A DNA stretch of 64,000 nucleotides from Octopus vulgaris (GCA_951406725.2 OX597816.1:122264001-122328000); one strand, 5' to 3'; positions 27,807-42,598 are shown, counted from the stretch's first letter. Program-made: numbers and translations. Notes: generated by a model not told the origin, from the letters alone.

Positions 27807-29248
27807 TGCATATATGGATACAGGACGTCACCAACGGTGTAAATAACATAAAATACTAAACAACGAGAAAAAATGGAAAGCAGGACAAGTAAACACAGTT
27901 GTCAGTTGTCTATCTACTCCTCATTTCGAGCATGCAACGACTATAAGAGTCTTCAAAGACAGTTGCTCCCATAAATTCTAAAATGAAATTTAAGATTTAT
28001 GGCAGGTAAAAGTTGGGAACAAAAACATGACAGAGGAGACATACAAGGAAACCGAACGAAAAACCTAGAAGCCCTGCACTTAAACTTGTGTAACCACTCT
28101 TCTGAATATTCAGGGCAATATTCTAGCCTTTAGTTCTTTATGAAAAATTTGTCCTTCTCGATATGCATCTTTCCCGAAAAAGGTTCACCTTCATTACACT
28201 GGAGCTTAACAATTTTATAAGCTTACTAATCTAATTCTGTGCTCCTGACAACTTTCAAAGTTTTCCTAATCTTTAAACTTTGCTTTCATTTCCAGAATAA
28301 AAGTCTTTAAAATATGATTCCTTTGTTTCTCTAGATTATACACCATCAATGATGCGATACCCATATACACACACAAACTCTTTAGCGAAACTTCTTTTTC
28401 TAAATTTTTTTTAGTAACTCCACCTTTTCAAATTCAGGAAATATTTTATGTTTATGCTTTTCAGCATCTTCTGTAACTTTTGTTTTCATGCGTGACATCC
28501 TGATGTACGAAAATATAACTAAATATATGAAATTAACAGCGTCTGTTACATATATATGAAATATATGTCACCAACACTCAGCTGTCGGTTCCAGTGTAAA
28601 CATACACAACTCTGGAGCCTCACGGCCCAACTCCGGTGGTAGATCAGGAAACTAATGATGGAATATTCAAAACGTGCCGGACTATAGTAATTACTGGCCC
28701 CCAGAATGCTGGACTAAAGAGGTTCAACCGCGAGTTGATTTGATCTTTATAAGATGCTCCACATTGACCATACAGTTTCTGCCATTTATTGTAGCTCCAT
28801 GACAAGTTGTGTCACTACAGGTTATAGCTGATAAAGGGTGGTTGTTTTGTATTTCACTGTTTCCCATAATATATTGATGGTGATTAATCTATTTGCCATG
28901 TCGATTATCGCTACTTTGATAGTGACTGTTATACACTAGCTCTGTGTGATATGCTGCCTCCATAGTAGTAATAAAATTATGAAGCATTTATGACACAATA
29001 TTCTTTTCACAGATGCCTGTGTGATTTGATAATCGGTTACTTAATTCTTTACATGTATCGCATTAATTGTTGGCTGTTTGTAGGATAAGATATATAAAAT
29101 ATGATAAGGAAATATATAAATAGTTGACATACTGTATACACACACGCACACAGACACACATATACAATACACTCACACACACACATATATATATATATAT
29201 ATGTATATACATTCACACACATACATATATTTAAATATATACACATAT

Positions 29249-29298
<50 letters not shown>

Positions 29299-31035
29299 GT
29301 ATATGTATATATATATCACACATAGGTATATGTATGTAAATGATATCTTCAGCATCACTTCACAAGCAAGCATTTGACTGATGACCTGAAATGCAATACA
29401 GAAACAAGCCAATACAGAAAATAGTCCAATAAAGAAACAAATTTCTAACCTGTGCAATTTGTAACAACAAAAACAAAAAGAAAAATAAAAAATAAAAAAA
29501 TAAAGCAAGGAAAAAAAACACAAACAAAACTAAACAAAAAGCTCAAACGAGTCAGTTATAAAATTCTTCATGAAACAAAATTAGAAAGAAATATTGAATT
29601 AACCACGTATCATGGATAAAAGTGACTCAAGCAAAGACTATAAAAATATTTAGTTGCTGTCTTTAGATTTTTCATGGCAATTACCTGGAACGCTCTAGTA
29701 CCGTAAGAACTGTTTCCATTAGTTTCGCTTGATCTCTCGTTTTCTGGCAAAGTTAAACTTTTCTTCTATTGCTTCTTTTCATTACTACAGGATTTCCTTT
29801 GATTTTATTGACTGGTTTAGTGATAAGTCGAATCTGCCAACTTATTTACATCATCCACAGATAAAGTTGGCACAAATATAATTGACAACAGAACTAAAGT
29901 TTCTCATTTCTAACTAACCTCTACTTCTGACGAAGGCTGTAAGTAAATATTAAAACCAGAAATAAAACACACTCTTTTCGTATATAAATGTAGTAGTTAT
30001 TAGTGAAATTAATGACTTTTAGTAATGACATAGAACACAGCAAGTTTGATATCAATATATTGCGTCTTCTTTAAGAAATTATTCTCAACTTTCATGTTCG
30101 ACTTTGGCGCTGCCCTTTGAAAGGTAACATCCACTCCCATCATGCTGCAAGATGCTTTATATCCTACTAAGAAAAGAACTCAGTTTTTTTTTCTGTTGTT
30201 TTCTCTAATACTGTGTATCTTGATTATTCTATTTTATGACATAGATCACTCCGCCATAACTGCTGGTTTTAGGTATTTGGATGTTACTTCTATAAAAAGA
30301 AAACCAAACGGTGATAACATCTTTAAAGTTTTATTTCCTGAAATATTCTTCTTAAAAAAGAAAGGGAAATGCAAAGTTGTTTCAGACTTATATTGGTAAC
30401 ACTGAACTATTTAATGGTGTACATTTATAGCAATATTTTTCTGGAAAGTACAAAAATAGCCATACATTCTGTATATTCTTTTGGCTAACTCTCATAGACT
30501 ATAAAAATGTTCTCTTGGTGATAGGTGTCAGTGAAGGGCTTGTTTACTGTGGAACAGACTATTAACCACCAGCCATAACACGCAATCTTTAATTAAAACT
30601 AGTGCTCGAATACATTCAATCTTAAGGGGATTCAAAAATATTGGGAAAACCACGTTTAATACTGAAGTGGTTTCTCCTTACATTTTGGTGGATTTGAAGC
30701 CAAAAATGGAAGCTAACAAACAAAATGTCTGTTTTGTAGGTTCGATGCTACGCAAGACAATAAAGGGTTTAACCACAAATCTATACGTGGACGGGAACCA
30801 ATCTTTTGAGTTTTCGGTCAATCATCTGATACCTTTTTTATTCCATTGTTTATTTGCTATTGGTTAACTCAAGTTCAGCCTTAACAAGCAGCCGACCTAG
30901 AATTAAAGAAGTTTTAGCTGTGACCACCGTGGCTTTCTTTCGGTTATATTGTATATACATTATCCTGTGTATCCTTAAACTTTTAAAATAGTAAGATTTG
31001 GCACAAAATCTCTCTTGGCAATCTTTAGTGATGAC

Positions 31036-31066
<31 letters not shown>

Positions 31067-31827
31067 ATAGTAGTAGTAGTAGTTCTTGTATTTTAGATTC
31101 AAATTAGGTCTTATAAGCAATCATATCTATGACGTTTTTGTATACTATTGTTCAGTTAGTTTTTCCTTTTAAAACTGCAAAACACGATTGGCGAAAGATT
31201 TGACTTATAACACTAGTAGGAAGAGTGACCACACAGAGAGCTCTTAGTATCTCAAGGTAGACGGTCGTAATTAGGGTAGCAAAGCAAATACGTTTCAATG
31301 GTAAATGCAATAGTTATTGGTAATGCAAAAACTAGAGCAAAAACTTGTTGCTGCTGTTTTCTAACCTGAGGACGGCTTCAATGGACCAGCTCTCTTATTC
31401 AAGACATTCCAACCGTGATCATCTCAATTTTAGAACTACATTATCTTTTGCATTCCCTCCTTACCTTTCCCAGTGTTGTTTTAGTGAGATTTAACTGCAA
31501 TTTCTAGCAGATCTTATTGATTGATAGAATGTTGAGATAGAGCGAATTCCCCACTACACACACACAAAAAAAATCAAAATTATCATCTTTAGCGTGCTCT
31601 AAATAGGTGTTTGCATAATTAGAGATACACTAAAGGAAATGAGTTTCACAAAATAATATCCCTCCTACTCATGTATCTATTGTAATATTTGGATTGTTTC
31701 CAACCGAGAGAATGATGTTAATTAGAAACAGATAAGTAAGAAATCTCCGTTGATTGAGTGCATAAAAAAACAGTTCTAAAAGGAGCTAATGAAGTCATGA
31801 TGGTGGTGTTATTGATATAGTTGTTTT

Positions 31828-32040
31828 GTTTAACTCCACGTCAGCCTTGACCGAGTAAATCGACATTGAAACGTGTAACAGTTGTGAGCGTATTGTTCTT
31901 TTTTCTCGAAATACAGTATACATAGAAGCACTTTAATTAATGTGTCCTTCTTTTTTAAGAAGCTAGAATGTCATTTAAAAAATGACTATTATTTCTAGGA
32001 GTTCGAGCGACCGTTTGAAGCTCCTGTGTTTGCTTGTCGT
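31828..32040 (+). repeat. Ancient dispersed repeat family (unclassified SINE- or MITE-like), representative copy
   Basis: The motif chain tttaac.ccaggtcagcc.tga..gagcag.cctatgatc..gtgacc..tgtgtcctt..ttaag..gatttggctgctatttctagcag.tcgagcgacc recurs, diverged, at ~17585, 20255, 20440, 22250, 30860, 31095, 31360 and 56730. Confidence 0.55.
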
Positions 32041-32139
32041 TGGTGTGAACGTGATGTTGATTATTAAATTCGGCACAACGACATCTATTGACATGGAAGT
32101 GGTTTAATATTTGGATCTGAGCAAAACCTGCGAATTTTA

Positions 32140-32660
32140 TTCATTTTACTGACACTATAGCAAGCTCTCCGTTGAGTATGTCCTTGGGGATTCTGTCATC
32201 TTCCATACGGCTAACATGTCCAAGCAATCTCATACGTCTTTGTGTGAGGAGTGCAAACATGCTTGGTATTCCTGCTTGCTTGAGGACATCTTTGTTAGGG
32301 ACATGATTCTGCCATCTGATGCGAAGGATTTTCCGGAGGCAGCGCAAGTGAAAGATATTTAGGCGGCGTATGGCGTCGTATGGCGTGTGTATGGCGTCGT
32401 ATGGCGTGTGTATGGCGTCGTATGGCGTGTGTATGGCGTCGTATGGCGTGTGTATGGCGTCCAAGTCTCACTTCCATGCAGTAGAGTGCTAAGTACACAT
32501 GCCTGGTAAATCTTCATTTTTGTGGTCTTGGTCAGCTTATTGTTGTCTCATGCCCGTTTGGGGAGTTGGGCCATCACAGCAGCTGCCTTGCCAATGCGTA
32601 TATTGAGCTCAGCATCAAGGGATAGGTTGTAGATGACGGTAGAGCCAAGATAGGTAAACT
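32140..32660 (-). mobile_element. RTE-clade LINE RT C-terminal fragment
   Basis: FTYLGS..LSLDAELNIRIGKAA..TKMKIYQACVLSTLLHGSETWT..RRLNIFHLRCLRKILRIRWQNHVPNKDVLKQAGIPSMFALLTQRRMRLLGHVSRMEDDRIPKDILNGEL. Confidence 0.92.
32368..32461. repeat. 21-bp minisatellite, 4.5 copies, inside the RTE ORF
   Basis: Unit gtatggcgtcgtatggcgtgt, perfect copies. Confidence 0.95.
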
Positions 32661-32719
32661 AGGATCTCTACTCACGGGGGACCACGGTAGCTGAGGCTGC
32701 AATCGAGGGTGTCAAGATC

Positions 32720-32876
32720 TTGTCAGTCATCAAAACCAGCAAAAACACCATCCTGCTTCGGCACATTCATGAGCTTCTGTGTCAGTGCTGGGAAGAGGGT
32801 ACAGTCCCTCAGGATATGCGGGATGCTAACATCATTCCGCTTTACAAAAACAAAGGTGACCGTGGTGATTGAAACA
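32720..32876 (+). mobile_element. Inverted upstream RTE RT fragment
   Basis: VIKTSKNTILLRHIHELLCQCWEEGTVPQDMRDANIIPLYKNKGDRGD*N on the plus strand, next to the minus-strand RTE piece. Confidence 0.88.
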
Positions 32877-32879
32877 TAG

Positions 32880-33148
32880 CGTCGGCTGTGGGCTGGTAGC
32901 TGTGGACAGTCGACCCAATGTCGCGCAGAGATGTGGATGCTTTTGTTTCACTTTTAACACGTAATGCTGAAATAGTGGAGAAGATGTGATATTGCTGTGG
33001 GCTCACCCAAGGCAAGAAGTTAAACACTTTTTTTTGCCCATGACACTACATGGACCCTAAATAAGGCATGTGTAAAATTTGAATTTTAGGGATTCACACA
33101 GACAGGTAGACAGACACACATTCTCAGTTTTATATATATATATATAGA
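32880..33148 (-). mobile_element. Truncated Helitron 5' portion, same family as 33668-34693
   Basis: 32940-33148 matches 34467-34693, including the A|TC 5' end and the (GACA)n stretch. Confidence 0.75.
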
Positions 33149-33631
33149 TAACGTCATTTGTAAATATAAAGGAAAAAGAGAAATAAAGCCAGTTTAATTA
33201 ATCATAAATATTCCAGATTTTATTTTGGAATTCCCAAACGTACATTATATAGATGTGTGTGTATGTGCGTGTGCGTGTGCGTGTGTGTGTATGTGTGTAT
33301 GTATGTATAATGTACGTTTATGTATTTGTTTTTGAAGATTCCTGATGTGAAATCGTGTGTTGAATCTATATGTTCGTTCTTCATGTCAGATTTATGTTTG
33401 TCCTTATTCTATGTCCTTTCCCTGGAAATCTTTTGTCACACATCCTGTAACCTCTTCAGCGAGCCTCTCCATCTTGTGTCTCTCAACATTCTCCAGAAAT
33501 ACGTTTTCGAGAATGCAGATTACATAATGTTGATGTTTCAAACATACACTTCTTAAAGAATAGGGAAAAATTGTAAGGTTACTGATTGGAAGATAGGATT
33601 GTCTGTGATGGGGAGTGAGGATATACATACA

Positions 33632-33666
<35 letters not shown>

Positions 33667-33667
33667 A

Positions 33668-34693
33668 CTAGCATTAAAGACCCGTCGTTGCCGGGTCATA
33701 GTGCTAGTGCATGTATATATGTGTGTATATATGTGTACATATTACATGTACATCTATATATATACATCTACACATAAAATACAAAATACAAAGTTATATC
33801 TTGATATCGCTAGGGATAACAATACTCAAAATATATAACAGACTGGAATTGTTAGCCCGTCTCTTGTAATTTCGATCAATTGTATCTTGTCGTCCCTCTT
33901 GTATAGAAGTGTGGCTACAATCCAGCGTACCTCTACTTGGGGGGGGGGGGGGCATTTAAAATTTTTTCCGGGACGTCCTACGTCCCAGATATAAAGGTAA
34001 AAGTAAAATATTTTCACTTTGCAAGTTCGACTCCAGTACTCTCTTGCATGCTCCGTTGACTCGAACCTTGCTTCTATTGTGGTGAATTTACCGCCTCTGG
34101 TTAAATATCTTTCATAGTCGCACCAAGACATTTTTCGATGGTGCTTTCCTCCAGGCGTTCAAATCTTTTTTCTGTACATTGTATACTTTATAGACAATAG
34201 TCTTTTCTTTAATTTAATTTTTTATTATCCATCTGGACTATTCCATTTCTGCACACTAATTTTATTTTAAATTTATTCCCATTCATGTGAAACCACTTAT
34301 TCAAGTTCAAGTCATTGATGCAATTTTATACCAATTGCTATTTTTACTTTCGTTATGTTACGATTATATTATACTTTAGTTTGATTTTAATTATTACTTA
34401 CTACATATAATTCAAATGTTATTTTTATTGTTAAAGTGAAAGTATCTGACATAAAATAGAGAAACGTTTTTGTTTCACTTTTAACACGTGGAAACAGTGG
34501 AGAAGATATGATATTGCTATGGGCTCGCTCTAGGCAAGAAGTTGAACATTTTTTTGCCCATGAAACTACATGGATTCTAAGTAAGGCATGTGTAAAATTT
34601 GAATGAAATTGGTTGTGTAGTTCTCAAGTTTTAGGGAAATACACAGACAGACAGACAGACAGACACACATTCTCAGTTTTATATATATAAAGA
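33668..34693 (-). mobile_element. Non-autonomous Helitron
   Basis: Minus strand begins A|TC at 34693 and ends CTAG|T at 33668; subterminal hairpin gacccg(33679-84)-7 nt-cgggtc(33692-97); no TSD. Confidence 0.82.
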
Positions 34694-34701
34694 TATGTGT
34701 G

Positions 34702-34791
<90 letters not shown>

Positions 34792-35192
34792 AAGCCAGGG
34801 AAAGAGAGAGAAAGCGTTGATGAGTGTCTGCGTGTGAACTTCCACAATATAAAACCAACACAGAAATTAATCTTGTTTTCAGTTTCTCTCTTTTTAGTTT
34901 TTTGTATATAAACTTTGGATTATAGTGATAATCTTTTTCCCACAATAACGTATATACCACGTTTCATACTACATACATTGTGTATACGGGCTATTTCGAA
35001 TTTTAAATTGTAAATCTATCCTACCAACTCTACAGCAAAGATTTCACACATACATGAGTGCATTTATGCACCATAATCACTTTGTCATTTACACTTCCTT
35101 CGTTTCTATGATTTTTCCCTTTCTGTGTGTACGTGTACATTGTTTTCTTTCACACATTGATTCCCACTAAGCACTCGTCTCCTACTTCTTAT

Positions 35193-35608
35193 TTCTTTAC
35201 TGCCCACAAGGGGCTACACACAGAGAAGGACAAACAAGGACAGACAAACGGATTAAGTCGATTATATCGACCCCAGTGCGTAACTGGTACTTAATTTATT
35301 GACCCCGAAAGGATGAAAGGCAAAATCAACTTCGGCGGAATTTGAACTCAAAACGTAGCGGCAGACGAAATACCTGTTTCTTTATTACCCACAAGGGGCT
35401 AAACATAGAGGGGACAAACAAGGACAGACACACGGATTAAGTCGATTACATTGACCCCAGTGCGTAACTGGTACTTAATTTATTGACTCCGAAAGGATGA
35501 AAGGCAAAATCGACCTCGGCGGAATTTGAACTCAGAACGTAACGGCAGACGAAATACTGCTACGCATTTCGCCCGGCGTGCTAACGTTTCTGCCAGCTCG
35601 CCGCCTTA
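35193..35608 (-). mobile_element. Young dimeric SINE family 3 copy with 17-bp TSD
   Basis: Reverse complement of 22434-22850; perfect TSD cgtctcctacttcttat at 35176-35192 and 35609-35625. Confidence 0.92.
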
Positions 35609-36785
35609 CGTCTCCTACTTCTTATGTGAACTCACTTTGTATATTTCTGTCTGTCTTTTGCTCTTTCTCCCCTTCTCTCTATAGGATGTAAAGCGTGACT
35701 AGAGAAATAATCCAGCCAACCAACAAACCAACCAACACACAAACAAACAAAGTAATCATCGAATCTTTGTGTAGGCCTATATACCGGCTATTATTGTATA
35801 TAGAACTTCTTGTATATTATTTGTTAAAATATCAACATTGTTGATTCCAATTCCCATTGTATTTCGCGTTCGATAAACTAAGCACTAAGCAAAAACTGGA
35901 ACCAATTCCTTATCTCATGAAAAAAATGTGTATTGCAAAGTTGTGATTAATGTAATCATAGAAAACACATGTAAAGATATGTATTCACTTCCACCTTATA
36001 TAAACAAGGTGAGAAAACTGGCAGGAAGGAATATCCGATTCCCTATTACTTGATTTGTACTATATTTTCACTAATCCACTACTCCAGGAGCAATGAAAGG
36101 GTAGGTTGGTCTTACCAGGAATTGATCTTAGAACAAAAAATTCTAGGAGAAATACTGCAATGTAAACAATTTCGTTCAACGCTTTAACATTCTAATAATA
36201 ATAGTATGAATTAATAGCACGCAATATCTTTCACAGACAACCTGTTTACTGATATGCTATTTAACTATAAACCTCTACTTCCTAAGAACCTTGTGGTACA
36301 TTTATAATGCTGATTTGGTCTTGTTTGTGAGCAGATAAATAATACTTTTGCTGGATGTTACTATTAGTTTATTTAATTGTAGCCTCGTTTCTCGTTGATT
36401 TCTTTCGTGTACATTCTAACATGAAATGATCTTTATTGCGAGAACTTTTCTTAGCTTAGTGGGTAAAGTTCTTTCATGTTCTTGACAAGGAGAATTTCTC
36501 TTCCAAGGCAGTTACGGTAGTTAAAGTATATCCGTATTTGAGTGTACATGAACATATTAAATGTATATATACACACCTTTATTTTTATCATTATTGCTTA
36601 GTGTTAATATACATTTAATTACTTAATAAATTCCGGCTTGACAAAGCTTTGCACACGCCAGAAAATTTAATTTTTCTGCATACATGTAAGAATGGTAATT
36701 CGTGCATACATGTACGAATGCAATTTGCGCATACACGTAAGAATGCATTTCGTATCGTAGAGGGCCACGGACTATGTATTCAGTA

Positions 36786-36831
36786 TTCATAACTGATGAA
36801 ATGCAGCAGAACAGAAACACGTGTCCTACAG
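36786..36831 (+). ncRNA. Degenerate minimal hammerhead motif
   Basis: CTGATGA (36793-99), GAAA (36814-17), palindromic stem III acacgtgt and a GUC site; stems I and II pair poorly. Confidence 0.35.
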
Positions 36832-37043
36832 TCAAATGATATCATTTATATCCAAGCTTAGTGCGTATAATATACATTGCTTATAAGGAGAAATTCTTCT
36901 CCTTCACCGTTACTACAAAGTGAAGGTTTCACTAATTTTAAGTGTAGATGTATATGGGAGTGCGTGTGCGTACACACACGCACGCACATATACATTTAAA
37001 AACACATCTATCTATCCATCTATATATCCATCTATGCATGTAC

Positions 37044-37142
<99 letters not shown>

Positions 37143-37688
37143 CCTATCTGTTTATAAGTATATGTATGTATATGTACACACACACTCAAGCTTAAGTTTT
37201 CTTTCTTCAGTATTCCAAATATTACCTTGTTACTTGTCAAAGCATTGACAAGAGTATATGTGAAGAAGTAGAAAAGGAAATTGCTTTCAGCTTAAAATGA
37301 TATACACTTTTCCTTTGTCAATGCACTTTAAGTAAGGTAAAAGTCAATATTTCTAATAAGATATTGACGTTAATTTCAAAGCGTACGGGAGCGATGGGTT
37401 TGTGGAACTGTTAGAATGTCCCAGAAATTGGGTTGCGATATTTAGTCGTGCACCTCTGATAGTTAATTCGTTCCACAATGTTCAGCAGTGAATGCGTTAT
37501 AACATTTACAGACGAATGCATGGTTATATCTGATGTGTTTAACAGATGCTGTAGGTATGACTCGGTAAAATACCCGCAGGACATTCAATTACAGCATGCA
37601 GATAGCTATGGAAGCTTATGATAAAAGACAACCTGTCACACCGTCGGTGTAATTGAGATGAAGTGTGATGGAATTTTATGAGCAGAAC

Positions 37689-37729
<41 letters not shown>

Positions 37730-38690
37730 CGAAAACGATGACAATGTCGACTGAGATGAAGATGACAATAACGGTGATAATCTATATTGGTGATAGTGGT
37801 GATAAGCTATATTGTTCTACATAATCTTCTATAGCGCTATTTCATCGAAAAATATAATGTAATATATTATATAATATAATATTATTCAACACAATGATAT
37901 ATAATATGATGTTATATAATAGATCCCACACACACACACACTCTCTTGCTGTCATACACACACAAACACACGGACCCCCACACACACATAATAAATTAAT
38001 TTACAAATTAATATATGTCTAGTTCTGTATCACAATTCTCTATGGATGTCATTGCCTGTTCTTTCTGCAAAGCAGTTTGATCAATACTTTTGAAAATAAG
38101 AAGTAATTATAAAGCAATGTCTGAAATTATAAGCACGTACTGAATGTTGAACGTTACGAATAATATGTCATTCTAATTGCATCATTAACCGTTGCCATAT
38201 ACCGTCTATAGCCGTTAAAAACAGGAAATTAGTTTAATATGAGTGATGTCAAACGTTCGAAGGAGGAAATATGAGAGCAACAATCATATAACCGGTAGTA
38301 ATGTTTAGGGAAATTTATGGACATAAATTAAGCCCCAAAACGTATTTGCAATGCTTTCACAGACTAACACACTGTTACAATAACCTGAATCGAGGAGTTT
38401 TAGTCGATTCAAATTAAACACAGCAGATTATTGAGTCTTATTGCCTCGATTCCACACGACAAAAATCGACCCAATTCGGCACGCATTGATTTCGAAAACA
38501 TACCGATAAGTAAATGTCTGTCAATCCGCTGCTCAAGAATGGTACCTTGCTTATCGAACTCGAATAAGTGAAAGGCAAGAAGGAAAAGTTGTCTCGGGAA
38601 AATATAATCTCAGACCTAAATAAAAATATCTGAGATCTTACACGTACATAAAATACCAGTACATTTGTTTCAGTACCATATATGATAAAA

Positions 38691-38693
38691 ATG

Positions 38694-38754
<61 letters not shown>

Positions 38755-38768
38755 TAATAATAATAATA
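38691..38768. repeat. (TAA)n microsatellite
   Basis: Directly visible. Similar tracts at 42598-42770 and 53904-53982, (TAC)n at 55515-55593, (GAT/GAC)n at 37688-37730 and 43561-43653, (TTTC)n at 51849-51944. Confidence 0.95.
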
Positions 38769-38897
38769 CGTTGTAATTTCACTGTATTTATGTACACAAA
38801 CACGCGCGCGCACATGCATACATACATACATATATACATACATACATGCATATATATATGTATGTATGACGTATGTGCGCGAGAGTTTGCGAGGGTC

Positions 38898-38953
<56 letters not shown>

Positions 38954-39657
38954 TATACATTTAATTGAAGAAAATGAAGAGTTGAAAGTTAATAATCATT
39001 TACTAATAAAGTCATACTTCATAATTATCATTAAATAAATTACAAATATATGCTTTAAATTTTCATTTATAAGATACGAACATATTATCATCTAGGGGAA
39101 AGATATTGTATACTTTTTCCCAGATGATATTTTCTTGATATCTTATAGATTTAAAGCATAGAATTGTAATTTATTTAATGAACACATTTGAAACAGCAGG
39201 AGGAAGTATGAAGTATGATTTTATTAATAAATAATTATTAACTTGCAACTTGCCATTTTCTTTTATTCTATTAACTGAATACTGATTATAAGCATAATAT
39301 ACACCTATTGAAATAGGGAAGTTTTGTTTTTCAAACATAATTATAGAACCAGTGTTTGTGGGACGTAATAATCCCTTTAAGAGGTTAATATATCCTCTAA
39401 TTTATATATATATATATATTCTTTTATTCTATTTGTTTCAGCTATTTGACTGCGGGCATGCTAGCACAGTGCCTTGAAGTGTTTTTAGTCGAAGAAATCG
39501 AAGCCAAGATTTATCCTTTGTAAGCCTAATGCGTATTCTCTCGGTGTCTTTTGCCCAACCAGTAAGTTATAAGGACGTAAACACAACAACACCATTTGTC
39601 AAGCAGAGATTGTGGGAAAAACACAATCACACACACGGACATGAATATATACATACA

Positions 39658-39717
<60 letters not shown>

Positions 39718-39961
39718 GTTGAGGTGTATTCCATCAAGAAAGTATTAGAGTACAAAATAGAGCTCGTTCACCCTTAGGTCCTATTATACAGATAAACCAT
39801 TACTTAATTTAAATTCAAATCATATATATGTGCATCTATGTTGCATCGAAACAGGTGTCGTGGTCATTAAACAGTTGTCGAATCCTACTCCCTCTTCCTT
39901 TTGGCTCTATTTATTCTCTTTGTATTCTATATTCTATATATATTTAATATATATATATATG

Positions 39962-40936
<975 letters not shown>

Positions 40937-41107
40937 CATACATACATACATATATAGAGAGGTTATAAGAGGTAATGGTGTCAATAAGTGCCAAAGGTGT
41001 CAGGTAATGCTGAGTAAGTGCTATGGACAGATAATTAAGCTCAAGATTCGGAGATTATGCGAATGAGGAGTCAAACGTAGGTCATATATCAGCATATTTA
41101 CATATAG

Positions 41108-41287
41108 AATTTTTCAGAATGAGATAAAAATCCAAGGCTATGAAACATCTTAGAACATTTATAAATAGAACGTCTTACAGCTGTTTCCGGGATATTTTAT
41201 ATTCCCTTTATCCCGGAAACAGCTGTAAGACCTATTTATAAATGTTCTAAAAATTTCACAGCCCTGGATTTTTATCACATTCTGAAA

Positions 41288-41290
<3 letters not shown>
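41108..41290. mobile_element. Fold-back pair of PLE pLTR pieces, each carrying an HHR 3' half
   Basis: Arms 41108-41194 and 41209-41290 are reverse complements; each carries tcccgGAAAcagctgTAagac (palindromic stem III). The CUGAUGA half is missing at the inversion point. Confidence 0.7.
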
Positions 41291-41372
<82 letters not shown>

Positions 41373-42255
41373 GGAGCGTGTGTGTATGTATGCATGTATA
41401 CGACGGGCTTCTCTCAGTATGCGCCTACCAAGGTTCCAGTATGCGTCTACCAAGCTGAAATCATGTGGTTGGGAAGCAAACTTCTTACCACATGTCAAGT
41501 AGGGATTAATAAGTGATATACTTCTTAAGCTCTCTGCAGGCAAAAAATACACCAATCTAACAGAGAATTGATCAGTATTGTACTTCCCGTAATCTGTCCT
41601 CGAATGCGTAAGTTGAAGTACATCAACAGTCAAATTTCTCAAGCCATGGTTGCATTACCTAGTTGCGATAGTAAATCTTCACGGAATTATACGTAAAATA
41701 GAATAAATTAATGTGTTATGTATACTTATTTAGTCATTTAAGGCCTACATCATTTTCAGATACGTATTTGGGGGCGTACATGTTTCAAACTTATCAATCG
41801 ATTGATTTTTGGATCGATTCGGTACCGAACAAAGATTCTGGATTATTATATTTAAATGAATTTACATGATTACAATCTTACGTTGACTTTCAAGTCTTAC
41901 TCAATTATTTCCCTTTAGGCTGTTTCCAAAGTTTTATTTTTGTTCCTCTATTATTAATTTTACTCGTGTCTCTATCTTAGTAGAAACTGATGGATAAAGA
42001 AATCAAACTACATAAACAAGCAGCAGCAAAACCGTTCAGAAATTAAATAACACTAACATATTTTTATAACATATATATTATACATATATATTATACATCA
42101 TACAGAAATATTTACAATTTACAATATACTTACATATATACACACAACTATACATCGATCTAAAATAACAGGAATACTAGAGGAAGGCCGGAATTTAAGA
42201 GAAGAGAAAACCAAAAGGTCTCATGCTATTTATTTAAAAATTCCCGAGTATAACT

Positions 42256-42596
42256 TATTATTACCTCCGCCTTTGAAGCTATTTCGAATTTTGAATTTGT
42301 TAACTTTGGCCTGCATTGGATAAAGATAAGCTATTTATTACTTTTTACTAAATTTTCTATAGCCACTTTCACATCTATGACTACCATTGAGATCAGGTAC
42401 CGGACAAGGACTCTGGATTATTTTTCCGGTTTATTTACTTAATTTTTGAGAGCGGTCGGGTTCATTTTTAGTATTCTCGTTTGTGAGAGCAGTCGAGTTT
42501 ATTTCAGATATTGTCATTTTAAAAATCATCTCTGGCTAATCCTTGAGAGGACGTTGGTGTTACCTAGGCGGAGGTTTGCGCTCTCTGAGTGCTCTC

Positions 42597-42598
<2 letters not shown>
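42256..42598 (+). mobile_element. Helentron-associated non-autonomous element (HINE/DINE-1-like)
   Basis: Subterminal inverted repeats acctccgcct (42263-72) and aggcggaggt (42566-75), then a 3' hairpin gcgctc-tct-gagtgc; TT-rich ends. Confidence 0.7.

Noticed and set aside
29924-29975. CTGACGAagg..ccaGAAA motif
   Set aside because: No stem III, cleavage triplet or stem I complement.
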